From Eledone cirrhosa (lineage: Eukaryota), in assembly GCA_964016885.1 (NCBI GenBank), contig OZ024753.1, positions 1,922,001 through 1,986,000 on the forward strand: a stretch of DNA of 64,000 nt, written 5' to 3'. Shown here piece after piece: positions 42,779 through 56,454 of this stretch (the first letter of the stretch is position 1; each line of letters opens with the position of its first letter). The notes under the pieces were generated by a model. That model had not been told where the DNA came from. It did not search any database and was given only the letters and a program-made list of their open reading frames with translations. The position numbers and the translations under genes are program-made.

Positions 42779-43199
42779 CGATGATGTATCTGTATATGTA
42801 CATAATTTGTTTGTACATACTCGTTAGTTTTTCAGCATATGCATGTACACATGTATTGTTTTCCATGCACATATATATGTATGCTTTTACTTGTAAATGA
42901 AGCTAAGCATGTTTAAGAGTATAATCACTTATATACTTCATGAGTATTAATCTATATATTTATATATACACTGCCTTATCGGCATTTGTGATCAACTTTA
43001 CATTTACCTGGTGATGATTATCTATGTAAGTTTTACTTTGTCTTCAAATATATTTTTGTTCTTTTTTGTGATTTAATTTTCGATCGTGTTAATCTATATC
43101 TATGTACACTTATCTTAAATATATTTGTGATCCTCTAATATATGTCATAGAATCATTTGTATTAAATGATTTCATGAATATACTAATATCTATCTATCT

Positions 43200-43633
43200 T
43201 CTTTCTTCTTCTTGCTCGCCCACTTATGCTTGAGTGGCTCGTGGGAGCAGAGTCCTCAAACACTACTTCCAACAGGTCCTGTCAGAATGAACCGTCTCCA
43301 ACTGATCTGGCTGGATCAGCCAAGCTCATGGATGTTATCCAACCATCTTGCCTGGTGTATAGCCATAGGTTTCCTGTCTGTTGGTTTTGCCCGTAAAATC
43401 TGTCCAGCGATTCTTTCCTAAGTCATGCTAACCACACGCCCATAGTATCGGAGCTGTGATCTCTCAATTCGGAGAAGTAGCGACTCTACCTAGAGTGACT
43501 CACTTATCTCCGAGCTACGCACTTTGAGTAACGTTACTCCATGTATTCCGATCATTACCCAAGATTCATGATCATAGGTAAGGGTTGCTACGAATACCGA
43601 ATTGAAGTTAGCGAACTAGATTCGGTATTCGTA
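43200..43633 (-). mobile_element. RTE-a LINE 3' fragment with short 5' inversion
   Basis: Homologous to 296-665 and 3533-3745. Ends in the hairpin tacgaataccgaat..attcggtattcgta. Confidence 0.8.
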
Positions 43634-43725
43634 TCTGTTTGTCAATCAATCAATTTATTTATTTACCAGCCTCTCTCTCTCTTTCTCTAAATCCATCCAT
43701 CCATCCATCTACCTATCTATCTTTC

Positions 43726-43758
<33 letters not shown>

Positions 43759-43990
43759 CAGTGAACATATTTAAACTTTTATCCCTTATGGATTTATAAT
43801 GATAAATGTCTGTCAGATGTTTATCTTAGTTCAATACATTATACAGCTCCCTAAAAATGCCTGGCTCTCTACCAGTGTCATGTCTTTTGTGTCTATATAT
43901 ATACGTGTGTGTGTGTGTGTGTACGTGCGTATATACATATATATACATGCATATGCATGAATGTACGAGCATGTGTATTTTATGTATGTA

Positions 43991-44028
<38 letters not shown>

Positions 44029-44064
44029 TGCAAGAAAAACCCACAAACCCTCCATCTCAATTCT

Positions 44065-44102
44065 ACTTTTGAAAAGCAGAAGAACTGTGAAACCGGTAAA
44101 GG
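44065..44102 (+). ncRNA. Second H4 hammerhead-like motif (element ~44030-44160)
   Basis: ctt-TTGAAAA-gcag aagaa ctgt-GAA-ACCGGT-A-aag. Confidence 0.55.
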
Positions 44103-44235
44103 AAACAAATAAATATTCTTAAAAAGATTCCAGTTGCATTTTCGATTGAATCTTTTTTTCCAGAGAGAGAGAGAGAGAGAGAGAGTCGGACGCCATGCTT
44201 TGCAACATAGTTACGGCCCTGTGCTTATATAAGAA

Positions 44236-44285
<50 letters not shown>

Positions 44286-44423
44286 ACACTCTTTTACCTG
44301 TTCCAGCCATCCGGCTGAAACCATGTTGGCGCACAACCCTTATATGTATATATATAAAAAATTGTTTTCGCTCTAACATGTCGTCTGCGTAAATGCTATG
44401 TGAGTGAATAATACTAATATTAT

Positions 44424-44790
44424 AATAATTGTTTCTACTTTTGGCACAAGGCCAGCAATTACCCAGTGCATTACTGGTACTTTATTTTATCGACCACGTA
44501 AGGATGAAAGGCAAAGTTAACCTCGGCGGGATTTGAACTCAGATCGTAAAGGGACGTAACTCTATGCTGCAAAGCATGGCGTCCGACCCTCTACCGATAC
44601 TGCCAATCCAATAATAACATAATATTAGTATAAGTTAACCTTGGCGGGATTTGAACTCAGGCTCTTTATGATCTGAGTTCAAATCCCGCCAAGGTTAACT
44701 TTGCATTGCATCCTTAAGGGGTCGATAAAATAAAGTACCAGTAATACACTGAGATAATTGCTGGCCTTGTGCCAAAAAGTAGAAACAATT
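44424..44790. mobile_element. Inverted SINE pair with internal SINE fold-back
   Basis: Minus copy at 44424-44610, hairpin agttaaccttggcgggatttgaactcag plus inverse at 44633-44700, and a plus copy running to 44790. Confidence 0.85.
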
Positions 44791-45519
44791 ATAATATTAG
44801 TATTATTTTCTTTTACACCATAATCATTATATTACTACTACTACTACTACTATTATTACTATTACGGCTGCTGCTGCTGCTGCTGCTACTACTACTACTA
44901 CTATTACTGCTGCTACTACTACTACTACTGCCACCACCGCCACCACCACCACCATTGCCACAATCTTACAATAGTTCAATACATTCTATCGATTTATTCC
45001 ATTAGTTACGTTATTAAATACACGTATTTTTCTTTAACTTTTTCTGTTTAATATCTGATAAATTGTCAAATAACAACAACAATAACCGCAACAACAACCG
45101 CAACAACAATCACAACGACAATATGAAGATGTTTGTAAAGATACCAAAATTATAACACCAAATTTTTGATAATAATACTAAGATTTGCAATGATAACGAC
45201 AGTGATGATGGTGTTGATTGTGGTGGCGATGGTGATGATGGTGGCGTTGGTGGTGGTGGTGGTGATGGTGATGATGGTGGCGATGGTGGTGGTGGTGATG
45301 GTGATGATGGTGGCGATGGTGGTGGCGGTGGGGAAGGTGGTAATGGTGGTGGCGGTCGTCGTCGTGGTGATGGTTTTGGTGAGGGTGGTGATGGTCGTGG
45401 TAATGGGGCTTGATGATGATGGCAATGGTGTAGGTGATGGTCGGGATGCTGGTGGTAATGGTGAAGATGCTGATAATTATAATGTTAATAACGACAATGA
45501 CGACGACACTGATGTTGAT

Positions 45520-45706
45520 AATAATTGTTTCTACGTTAGGCACAAGGCCAGCAAATATCCAGTGCATTACTGGTACTTTATTTTATCGACCCCGTAAGGA
45601 TGAAAGGCAAAGTCAACCTGGGCGGCAATTTGAACTCGGATCGTAAAGGGACGTAACTATGCTGGAAAGCATGGCGTCCGACCCTCTACCGATACTGCCA
45701 ATCCAT
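45520..45706 (-). mobile_element. tRNA-derived SINE
   Basis: Near-identical to 44424-44610. Confidence 0.85.
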
Positions 45707-46009
45707 ATTAATATGAGGAGGTAACACAAAGAATACATTGTCCAGTGTTTAACTTAACTTTGTTTTGCTTTACATTATTCTTGTGTCCATGGAATATCCC
45801 AGTGTATTTATCTCGGATAGAAACCAGCCAACTGGAAAGGCCACTAAAATACAAATACCAACTTAAGAACACTACACAAACAACCTCTAACCACGTCCTT
45901 TTATTACAATATATACAAAGATATCCACCACAACGAACAGATAATTCAACACCTATCATATATACATTAATTCCGAGTACTTCCACCATTGCTTCGAGGT
46001 TTCTTAGAG

Positions 46010-46254
<245 letters not shown>

Positions 46255-46535
46255 TTTGCCCGAGAAAATATCTCTGTCATCAAGCGATGCGCACATATGG
46301 TTATTTTTTCAAATCCAATTGAATTCTAGCACGTGGCTTGAATTCTTTTCAGAATTCATTGACCTGCGCATGTATTGTTTTTTTGGCGGTAATCGCCTTC
46401 CTCCTATTTTCGAGACAGTATGAGATTTTCTTTAGAACTGCTGGACTAACAACCTAGCAGCTCCCTCAAGCACTGGTGGTGATTATCGTTAAATATTGAT
46501 GTTGATTTGGTTATCAATATGAATATTATTGGGCA

Positions 46536-46662
46536 CCCACTGAAGAATTATAAGAGCCCACTTGAATAAGTATCTGTTCGTCTTATACAAACTTCTACAT
46601 AAATTGGTATAATTTCACCCAACTTGTAGAAATCTTATAGTGAAACGAGACGTCCATCTGGG
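46536..46662 (+). ncRNA. Diverged H3 hammerhead with extended stem II (element ~46490-46830)
   Basis: ccca-CTGAAGA-attataaga..tcttatagt-GAA-ACG aga CGT-C-(catc)tggg. The flanks align with 16510-16810. Confidence 0.55.
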
Positions 46663-46828
46663 AAGAGATATATTTGATATATCCCATATGAAATGATACA
46701 GCCAATTTTCCACACAATACAATTAGTTAGCACCCCGAACGTTTAATTAGGAATATACTCACTTATTTCCTAATGTTTGTTGAGTGAGTTGGAATTTGGC
46801 CGGAGTATCGCTATTAGCTTTCTCCGAT

Positions 46829-46860
<32 letters not shown>

Positions 46861-46912
46861 AGCATACATAAATACATATATATACATGTATATATATATA
46901 TGTACGTATATA

Positions 46913-46962
<50 letters not shown>

Positions 46963-47016
46963 CATACATAAATACATATATATATATGTATATATATATA
47001 TATATGTACGTATATA

Positions 47017-47074
<58 letters not shown>

Positions 47075-47128
47075 CATACATAAATACATATATATATATG
47101 TATATATATATATATATGTACGTATATA

Positions 47129-47170
<42 letters not shown>

Positions 47171-47435
47171 CATACATAAATACATATATATATATGTATA
47201 TATATATATATGTACGTATATATTCATATATATATATATATATATACATATATATACGCCCTTACAAAGGCTTACTGAAGACACAAGCCGAAACCAGTTG
47301 GCGCCGCGGGTCGGAAATTTACATAACTCTCTCTCTCTCTCTCTCTCTCTGTATATATGTATATATATATATATATATACACACACACATAAATATATGT
47401 ATATCTATATCACCTTATCCGTCTCGCCTGTATCC

Positions 47436-47485
<50 letters not shown>

Positions 47486-47981
47486 CTATATACCTATGTC
47501 TCTGTTAGTATAAATATGTTATATCTTAGGATATGTGTGTATTTATGCGTGTGGTCTGCTAGAAGCTAAATAAAATCCATGAATCTATATCTGACAGACA
47601 CTGTGATTGGTGGTGGGCAACAGTGAGCTTCTACAAGTTCTTTTATCGATTATACCATAACCTATTTCAGCAAAAATATTGGGAAAATAGATTTCCTTAT
47701 TCTCCTAGATTCATAAATTCGGATTTTTCTTTTTTGTTTCTTTATTCGATGTGCTTCTTACACACGCGTATATATATATATACGTATATATATACATATA
47801 TATATATCTATATATATATATATGTATATACGTATATATATATATATATATATATGTATATACGTATATATATATATATACGTATATATGTTTCTGTGTG
47901 TGTGTGAACACACACACACAGAAACAAGATGGCGTAGGACAGAACAAAGGAGAGGCACAAAAACAAAGAAAAGAATCCCCA

Positions 47982-48024
47982 GTCACTGAAGAGGTCACAG
48001 AATGTGTGACGAAAGAACTTTGAC
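47982..48024 (+). ncRNA. Minimal hammerhead-like motif (H5)
   Basis: gtca-CTGAAGA-g gtcac agaatgt gtgac-GAA-AG aa CT-T-tgac. Confidence 0.55.
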
Positions 48025-48232
48025 AATATATAAACAACCATCTGGTTGTGGAACCAACCAACCAACCGGAAATTTATAAATTCCTAAATTTATAAATTTA
48101 TTATAATAAATTGAAGTGAAAGCAACTGGTGTGTGTGTTTCTTATTGGCAACATGACCCTCCCAAAGTATAACAATATCGGTTTCAACACACGTTTTCAG
48201 ATAAAGAATCTTGCTAAACAAATTCAGAAACG

Positions 48233-48268
<36 letters not shown>

Positions 48269-48439
48269 GACTGACCCAGGTTCTGCTACACTTCGGGCTA
48301 AGGGTAAAGAGCAGCGATTCTTTGCTTAAACTTTAATCTGTTATTTTAATAAATATTTGCTCTACGGTTCTTATATATTTGATATATATTTATCCTTATC
48401 GAGCCCTCTTTGGATTTTAGTCTTCAAATTTATTATTAT

Positions 48440-48493
<54 letters not shown>

Positions 48494-48538
48494 TATATAT
48501 ATATTGGAAAAAGAGTGAAATCCTTGGTACAAGTTAGG

Positions 48539-48840
48539 TATATTTGAAAAAAGGAAAAGGACTTCACCTGTAGTTCTAAACAATTTGATTTAATGTTATT
48601 TAATGTTATTTTATTTAATGTTATAATATTATAATATAATATTAATAATAAAAGTTGGTAGATCTAGTAAGTTCTTTGTTAAATTTCGGTGGGAAGATTT
48701 TTAAAGATTTCTGGTTAACTTTCCTGGAGAACTGTCGGTGGCGATTGTCAAACTGAGATCAGGTTTGATAATCGTCACCAACGAAAATTAAATCAAATTG
48801 TTTAGAACTACAAGTGAAGTCATTCTTTTCCTTTTTTCAA

Positions 48841-48845
<5 letters not shown>
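48539..48845. repeat. TA-flanked element with ~55-bp inverted arms and an internal hairpin
   Basis: tatttgaaaaaaggaaaag..agttctaaacaatttgatttaat is inverted at 48787-48845. Internal hairpin at 48735-48782. Confidence 0.75.
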
Positions 48846-48876
<31 letters not shown>

Positions 48877-49569
48877 GGGGGGGGGGTAAACAGAGAGAGA
48901 GAGCAGCAGAATTGTCATGGCCATTTGCAAAGATTCTTTCTATCAAATTATATTACTAAAGTACTATTCATTTGGTAGTTATGGCAAAAAGACACTTGCT
49001 GGGAATTACTCGCAGCCCAGAGACATATGGTTGTATGCGAGCTTCCTAACTACATAGCTATGTATGTACGTACGTATGTATGTATGTATGCATGTATGTA
49101 TGTATACGTGTGGAGGTCTGCAAGTGTATGTGTAGATGTGAAAGCAGAAAATATAATGCTTTCTCTCATTAACTACATGACAGCTCTAGTTGGAATAAAA
49201 TGGTTGAAATTTCTCATGATTGTTGTCCTTCAGAAGTAATTTCTTCACTATTGTGTCTCCAAAGATTGACCTTAATGGAATTAGGTGGGATTTAAATGTG
49301 GAAAAGCAATATGGATCCACTAATTTCCTGAAGAAAAGCTTTTATTTTGCTAACGTAAAAATGGTTTTATTGTTAATTTTATTTTTATTCTTATACTCTT
49401 ATTTTTATTTCTATTTTATTCATGGCTCTTTCTATCTCCCACATAAGGAAAAACACGCATATAGACGCACCCATATACACATCCTCGTAAACATACATAT
49501 TCTCATACTTGTAATTGCTCTCACTCCATATATATGTATTTGTGTGTGTGTATTGTATGTATATATATA

Positions 49570-49664
49570 CAGGTTGTTCAAAAAGAATGTATACACACTT
49601 CAACAGCATTCTAATAAATATCGTCTGTACAGGTAATCAAAGAGTATACATTTTTGGGACACCC

Positions 49665-49666
<2 letters not shown>
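49570..49666. mobile_element. Tc1/mariner-type MITE (same family as 8394)
   Basis: caggttgttc..gggacaccctg with a shared interior. Confidence 0.75.
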
Positions 49667-49698
<32 letters not shown>

Positions 49699-49908
49699 CA
49701 CATACACGCACGCATACGACGAAGTGTGTATGTTGTATATATGTATATACACATACATACATACATATTCATACACGCATAAGACGAAGTGTGTATGCTC
49801 TTCTTTTACTTTATTTTTCCGTTTTTCTTTTACACATACTTTTACCATATTTATCTATTTCTGCCTCTTTGTGTCAGATTTTACATTTCAATCTTCTTAA
49901 CTGCCTAA

Positions 49909-49942
<34 letters not shown>

Positions 49943-50479
49943 GAATATATATATATATAATATATAAGTTTATATGCATGATGAGTGTATATATATATAT
50001 ATATATATCTATCTATCTAAGGCGGATAAAATCCCCAAGATTATATACAGAGAGAGAGAGAGATTCGCTCATGCTTTTTAATATCAAAACCCCTCCTTCA
50101 AAAGCATTATCTTTTGCGACCAATTACATTCTCATTAGTAAACCTGACATTAAAATTATTATGCATGGAAGAGAATCGCTATCAGCATTTGGCAGGAACC
50201 TGTGTTTACAGACATAATGGTAAATCTGCCTTTGATGTTAGCATGGTGTCAAATGATTCAGCAGAAATTTATGATTTAATCTGTCTGTATATATTAATCA
50301 ATATAAACTTTCTGCTACATCTAATCAATCATTCAATTGCTTAAATTCTGATGTATGTACTTTAAATAGTTAATGTCTGACAAGATGTTTACTTTATTAT
50401 GTGAAAGTATCACCAGTTGCTAATTACTAAGGTGTACATACATCTGTTTCATAGTCAACCAGTTTAAATTGAGGTAATA

Positions 50480-50730
50480 TCAACACATAACACGCTTTTA
50501 TAAGAGCAGTCAAAGGCACTGACACCACTTTCTTAAAATATATTTCCAACATAAAAGATAAATAATCCTACTTTGATATCCAATGGGAAATTTTTAATCA
50601 CGCTTCAACATACAGTGAACTGTCAAGTTTCTCTTATGTGTCTCTAAAAAAATTCAAAATTTTGATCCAGCTTGAGATCATGCTGAACAAAAGTTCAGAG
50701 CTTATATGATTTTAGAGATGCAGACATTCG
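50480..50730 (+). pseudogene. Penelope-like element GIY-YIG endonuclease C-terminal relic
   Basis: Translates as DTTFLKYISNIKDK*SYFDIQWEIFNHASTY...LNKSSELI...RCRH. This resembles the PLE C-terminal motifs TxLSxxIWxLK..I.W.I / LNKRxE / CRH. Confidence 0.65.
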
Positions 50731-51262
50731 TTTCCATTAAGGAACTCTAAAATATCACATATATATATATACATATCTTGTCGGGTATATGTCATCCATT
50801 GTAGTGATCTTTTTTATGATATAATACACCCAGCGCACTCTGTTAAGTTACTGGTGTCAAGGAAAGCAGCTGTAGAAACCATGACAAAAATGAGACATAT
50901 GTATAATATGTCCCTCCCCTCCATGCAGGAAAGTAGACATAAAATAACAATTATAATAATGATGGAGACAGGAATTTTCTGTCATAATAGAACAGATTAA
51001 TTGAGAGAGAGGAGATAACATTGAGTAAGATAAATATTGAAATAATTAAACTAAAATATATTACAGTTAATAGTTTGATTATTAATTAACAGTGAACATA
51101 ACTTAGTTAATACCTAAGGGGGGAATAATAAACATTACCTGTTTAACTGTCAACAACCAACAATTAATATCTAAGGAGAGATAACAAACATGACCTATTC
51201 AACAGCTGCCAACAACCAGCAAGAAGCTGTCAGTATTTACTTAGTTATAAATTTACTTACTT

Positions 51263-51685
51263 AATAAAGTACCAGTAATGCACTGGGTAATTGCTGGCCT
51301 TGTGCCTAAAGTAGAAACAAGTATTTACTTAGTTATGACCCCTTACATTATGAGTTCAAATTCAAATTGATAAAATATATTACTAGTCAAGTACAGAATT
51401 GATTTATTACAATATTTCTATCCAATAAATTTGGAGCCTTGTACCTATATGAGAAATCAATATTTAATAGTTAAGGGTGTTGGTAGAGAGTCAGATAAAA
51501 TATCATTGCAGTATTCTTTCTGGATTTTTACATTCTGAGTTCAAATCTGGCCAAAGTCAACTTTACCTTTCATCCTTCCGGCTTTGATAAAATAAGGTAC
51601 CAGTCAAATACTGGGGTTGATTTAATCGACTTTTCCCTTCCCACAAATTTGCTGGCCTTGTACCTTATTTAGAAATCAATATTTA
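51263..51685 (+). mobile_element. SINE cluster, including an internally deleted copy duplicated at 51930-52065
   Basis: Core and tail motifs. The junction gttca.attcaaattgataaaata is shared by both deleted copies. Confidence 0.7.
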
Positions 51686-52947
51686 TTTATTGTTAAATTT
51701 GGAGAGAGTCATGTCCTAATATTGCCAGAAAAAATAGTAAATCACACTTACCGTTTGGTTTGGTCTATATCAAGATACTGAAGAAAAACCCAAACCAAAC
51801 AGTGAGTGTGTTTTACTACTTTTTCTGGCAATATCATGACAACATCACCATCTCCAAATATAACAATATCTGTTTAAATACACGATTTCATATAAAAAAA
51901 TTCTTGCAAAACAAATACATCGCCTCTAATATTTATGTTCTAAGTTCACATTCAAATTGATAAAATAAATTACTAGTAAAGTGTAGGGTTCTTTGATTAA
52001 AATGTTTCCATCCCATATATTTGAAGCAATCTACCTATATCAGAAATCAATATACAACAGTTAACTCTCAATATTTAGTCTACTTTATTAACATTTATCA
52101 TAAACTGTTCATAGTTAGTAGTTGACAGAAAAACATAGTTTCCTGTGTTCAAAAGTTAATATTTAATTTCCGTTTGTTTTAATTATATAACAGTTATAAT
52201 TCAAAGCTTAACTTTAAATAGTTTTAGATAAGATTTGATACAATGCGAGTCTAGAAAAATGGACATAAAAACGACGATAAAGATGATGATGATGATATAT
52301 CAATAGTGAACACCTGTAAACGTTCATTAGTTAACAGTTAACTCCTTATATTACACTAATTAATAGTAAACATCATACAATGAACAGCAAGCTGTATAGA
52401 ATGAATAACAGACAAATGATAACTATATTAATGTTACAAACATGAGATTCAATGGATGAAATTGTTGTAGAAGATGGTGGTGGTTTGCATGTGAGGTACA
52501 AGCACGTATTAATCAGGAATCCAATTTGCTGTGCACTAGATAACATGTCTAAAAATAGCATTTCTACTGAAAATAGTGGAAGATTCTCTGACAAATGCCA
52601 TGTTAGCAGAATGAATGTGGAAACTTCCTGAAAGATTTCCTTTATCAAACTATACCAAGATTATATTTTGTTGACATAGTTTTCTTTTACAGTATTCATA
52701 CATTTGTAGTCTGTAATGTGTGTGTGTGTACACATATACCTATCTTCTTCCATATGCATGATTATGCATTTATATTTATATGATTAACATTGTATATATG
52801 AAGAAATACTCCAACACATACACACACATTCATACATATATATATATATTAAAATAACAGATTAAAGTTTAAGCAAAGAATCGCTGCTTTCACCCTTTGG
52901 ATTTTAGTCTTCAAATTTATTATTATTACTATATAATATATATATAT

Positions 52948-53245
52948 AGGAAAAAGTTTAACCCCGACGGCAGAGCTCAAGCCATTTCGATGGCTATTTC
53001 TGGACTAAGATGGACCATAATGCACCAGAGTACTCAATACTTAGGGTAGTAGAGTGGGTAATAGTAAAAAGTTTAACCCTGACGGCAGAGCTCAAGCCGT
53101 TTTGATGGCTATTTCTGGACTAGAAATGGCTTGAGCTCTGCCGTTGGGGTTAAACTTTTTCCTATTACCCACTCTACTACCCTAAGTATTGAGTACTCTG
53201 GTGCGTTATGGTCCATCTGGTTCCTTACCACACCTGCTTCGTTAT
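52948..53245 (+). mobile_element. Family H6 element with tandem and inverted partial repeats (Penelope pseudo-LTR-like)
   Basis: Two inverse partial units (52948-53008, 53009-53122) precede a sense unit at 53123-53245. Confidence 0.85.
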
Positions 53246-53269
53246 ATATATATATTTATATATATATAT

Positions 53270-53306
<37 letters not shown>

Positions 53307-53310
53307 TATA

Positions 53311-53483
53311 CGAGGGGGTGCTGAAAAGTTCTTGTCTTTATGAGTATCACAAAAGAGTAGAGTTAACTTTACAGGGAGGAAGGAGTGCTGCAATAAGTGT
53401 GTGAATCTGAGAGGGGAATATGTTGAACTGATCCTCCTGTATTTTCTTTTACCCAAGGCCAGGAACATTTCAGCACCACCTCG
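53311..53483. mobile_element. mariner-type MITE
   Basis: TIRs cgagggggtgctgaaaagttc / gaacatttcagcaccacctcg, with TA on the left. Confidence 0.8.
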
Positions 53484-53489
53484 TGTATG

Positions 53490-53546
<57 letters not shown>

Positions 53547-54639
53547 ACACACATGTGTGTGTGTGTCATGCAGTACTTGTTACTTTTTGTTTGTTGCTTT
53601 TCTTCATTTGGTTTCACCTAAGGAATTTTGAAATAAGAAGCAGTGCCTTTGCTGAGAGAGAGGGGGAGGGAGGAGGGGGAGGGATGTGTATGAATATGAG
53701 GATGTATGTCATAGTAATGTACACATGCTAACTTACATTTGCTTCTAATACAGGGAGTAAGTTGGTATATTTAAAATGGATGATTAGTGAAATGGGAAGA
53801 CATTCAGGTGGACACAGGCTTACTTGATCAAATCAGAAAAGCAGAAGTGAGGAGAGGGAAGCTAGAAAACATATTAATGCATAGATTAATGGACAGCTAT
53901 ATGTGTTGTATGTGTGGATGTGTGGATGTGTGTGTATGTATAGGTGTGTGTGTGTGTGTATATGAGAGTATGTATAGGTGTGTGTGTGTGTATATGAGAG
54001 TATGTATAGGTGTGTGTATGCGCTTGTATGTCTGTATGTGTGTAGGTGTGTGTATGTGTATGTATGTGCGTGTATGCATGTACGTGTGTATGTGTGTACG
54101 CGTGTGTGCGTGTGTGTGTACATGTGTGTATGTGTGTACATGTATGTGCCTGTGAGTATGTGTATGTGCCTGTGAGTATGTGTCTATGTTGTAGGTGCGT
54201 GTGCGTATGTGTATGTGCATGCGTGTATGTGTATGTATGTCTGTATGTGTGTGTGCAGGTAATTTATTTCTGTAAAATGTATGGAAGAAGACTTGGAAAG
54301 ACGCAAGAGTGATGGGAGTAGTTATGATGATGATGGTGGGCCTTACATACATTTACAGCGTGGTCTGGCCACTTTTTGTCGTGGTACCTACATTAGCACT
54401 TTACTGTGTGGACTGGAGACTTGAGTGGGGGAGGTCCATGGGGATTGGAGACATAGATCTAGAGTGGAGGAGATATCAGGTGAAGGGTGAGGTATGTACA
54501 TGGGGGAAGGGTGGGATGTGTTAGAACGTGGGGGTAGGTAGGAGAACGGTGGGGTGTTAGAAGGTGGGGGTAGGTAGGGGAAAGTGATGTATGCTTCAAC
54601 CCATGCACATAGGAAGGGTTTTCTGTATTCCTACATAAT

Positions 54640-55132
54640 GCCAAAGATCTCGATTCTATGTCATTTCCTTTGGAAAATGCAATTGTGCAAGGTCAGCCTT
54701 TATCACTACATCCCAAGTCTTTCTAGGTCTTCCTACACTATAGCTACCATCAATGTTGTGCACCCTATACCTTTTTATCAGCTGTGATCTTTCATATGCA
54801 TCTCATGTCCATATCCATACCAATATAATCTCCTCTCCTGCACACTGCATCTGATCCCTCTTATGCTCAATTTTTCTCTCCGTTCATTTTGCTATTACAC
54901 ATCCATCGAGGCATGGAAGCTTCATTTCTTTCCAATCTTTACCGGTCCTCTGCACACAGAGCCCATGTCTCACTACCATGCAACATTGCTATTCATATAC
55001 CTACATCATACAATCTGCTCTTCATTTTGAGAGAAAAGCCTTTTGTAGTTAACAGCAGTAGTAACTCCCTGAACTCCCTAGGTCTTCCTATACCATCAAC
55101 TTTGAGCACCCTGCACCTTTTTATACAGCTAA
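54640..55132 (-). mobile_element. RTE-b LINE fragment, degenerate
   Basis: Aligns by eye with 9900-10350. Confidence 0.8.
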
Positions 55133-55861
55133 GCATTTGTCCAATACTCTAATGTCTCTATCAATCCACTGCGCTATTAATAACAGTTAATAATAGAATC
55201 AATCAATAAGTAATTAAATGAATTGTTTCTTTTATATAGATGTGCTTAAAATTAAAGTTTTCAATATAGATGTATTTTCTTGAAACACTAACCTTTTACA
55301 AGAGATCTTCAAGTAAAAGTAATTTCAATGACATAAATCTTGTTATTGTTGTTATTGTGACTGTTATTGCTGTTGTTGGTGGTGTTTTTGTTGTTGTTGT
55401 GGCTGTTGTTTTTGTTGTTGTTGTTGTTGTGGCTGTTGTTTTTGTTGTTGTTGTTGTTGTGGTGGTGGTGATGGTAGTGGTGGTGGCTGTAATCATTTCC
55501 AGTTTAACTGGCTTCTCTTTGATTGATGGTATTCTCTTCAATGTCTTACTATGAAAGCGATTTCATGAGAAGTGTCTCGTGTAAAATGATTCCCAAGACT
55601 ATTGCAGTCAGATCACTTTCTTATTTCTTCATTCTAAGCTGTATACCAATCTAGGCATTTTCCTAATAAATATATGTGTGTGTGTATGTGTTCAGTCTGG
55701 AACTAGCTGTTGAAATGGCAAGAGCTCAGCCACAGTGCCCCAGCTCTTTCTAATATACTTATACTCCTCTATCCCAAGTATGGGCCTGGAGCTAGCTGTT
55801 GAAATGGCAAGAATTCAGCTGTTGAGCCTCGACATTTTCTAATATATATATGTATGTAAAA

Positions 55862-56390
55862 GGTAAACAGAAATAACAACATAATCAGACTGGGAAAAGC
55901 CTGGGGAGCATTGAATGCAATGGAAAAAATATGGAAATCAAACCTGCTGGCCAAACTGAAAAGGAATTTCTTCAGAGCTGCTGTGGAATCTGTGCTTGTT
56001 TATGGCTCTATCACTTGGATGCTAACGTCAAAACTGGAGAAAAAGCTAGACGGAGCATACACATGTATGCTCCGTGCTGCTTTAAATGTATCTTGGAGGG
56101 AACACCCAACAAATAAGGATCTCTATGGCAAATAAGTCAATACGTAAACAGAGACTCAGATTTGCTGGCTACTGTTGGCGCAGCAAGGAAGAAATAGCAG
56201 GCGATGTATTGTTATGGAGTCCATCTCATGGAGCAAGAAATGCTGGTCATCCCAAGAAGACATATGTCAAGCAACATGAGGACGATACTGGATGCACTAC
56301 GGAAGAACTGGCAAACGCTATGAGAGACAGAAATGGATGGAGGAAACGTGTCGTAGAAGGCCGAGCAAGCTCGACCTGATGATGATGATA
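55862..56390 (+). mobile_element. RTE/RTE-X-like LINE 3' fragment with (TGA)n tail
   Basis: ORFs with FRAAVESVLVYG..LDGAYTCMLR and RLRFAGYCWR. Ends in tgatgatgatga. Confidence 0.88.

Positions 56391-56454
<64 letters not shown>

Noticed and set aside
45150-45646. Poly-His/Thr/Val ORFs (also 44769-45005, 55270-55554, 39700-40038)
   Set aside because: They are degenerate trinucleotide repeats with no splice or homology support.
48722-48812. Hammerhead in the 48.7-kb element (CTGGAGA..hairpin..GAAA)
   Set aside because: The core mismatches and there is no valid stem III/NUH, so it is kept only as an inverted repeat.
53787-53900. Short ORF start KWEDIQVDTGLLDQIRKAEVRR as a host exon
   Set aside because: It is more like a decayed RTE C-terminus and runs into a microsatellite.
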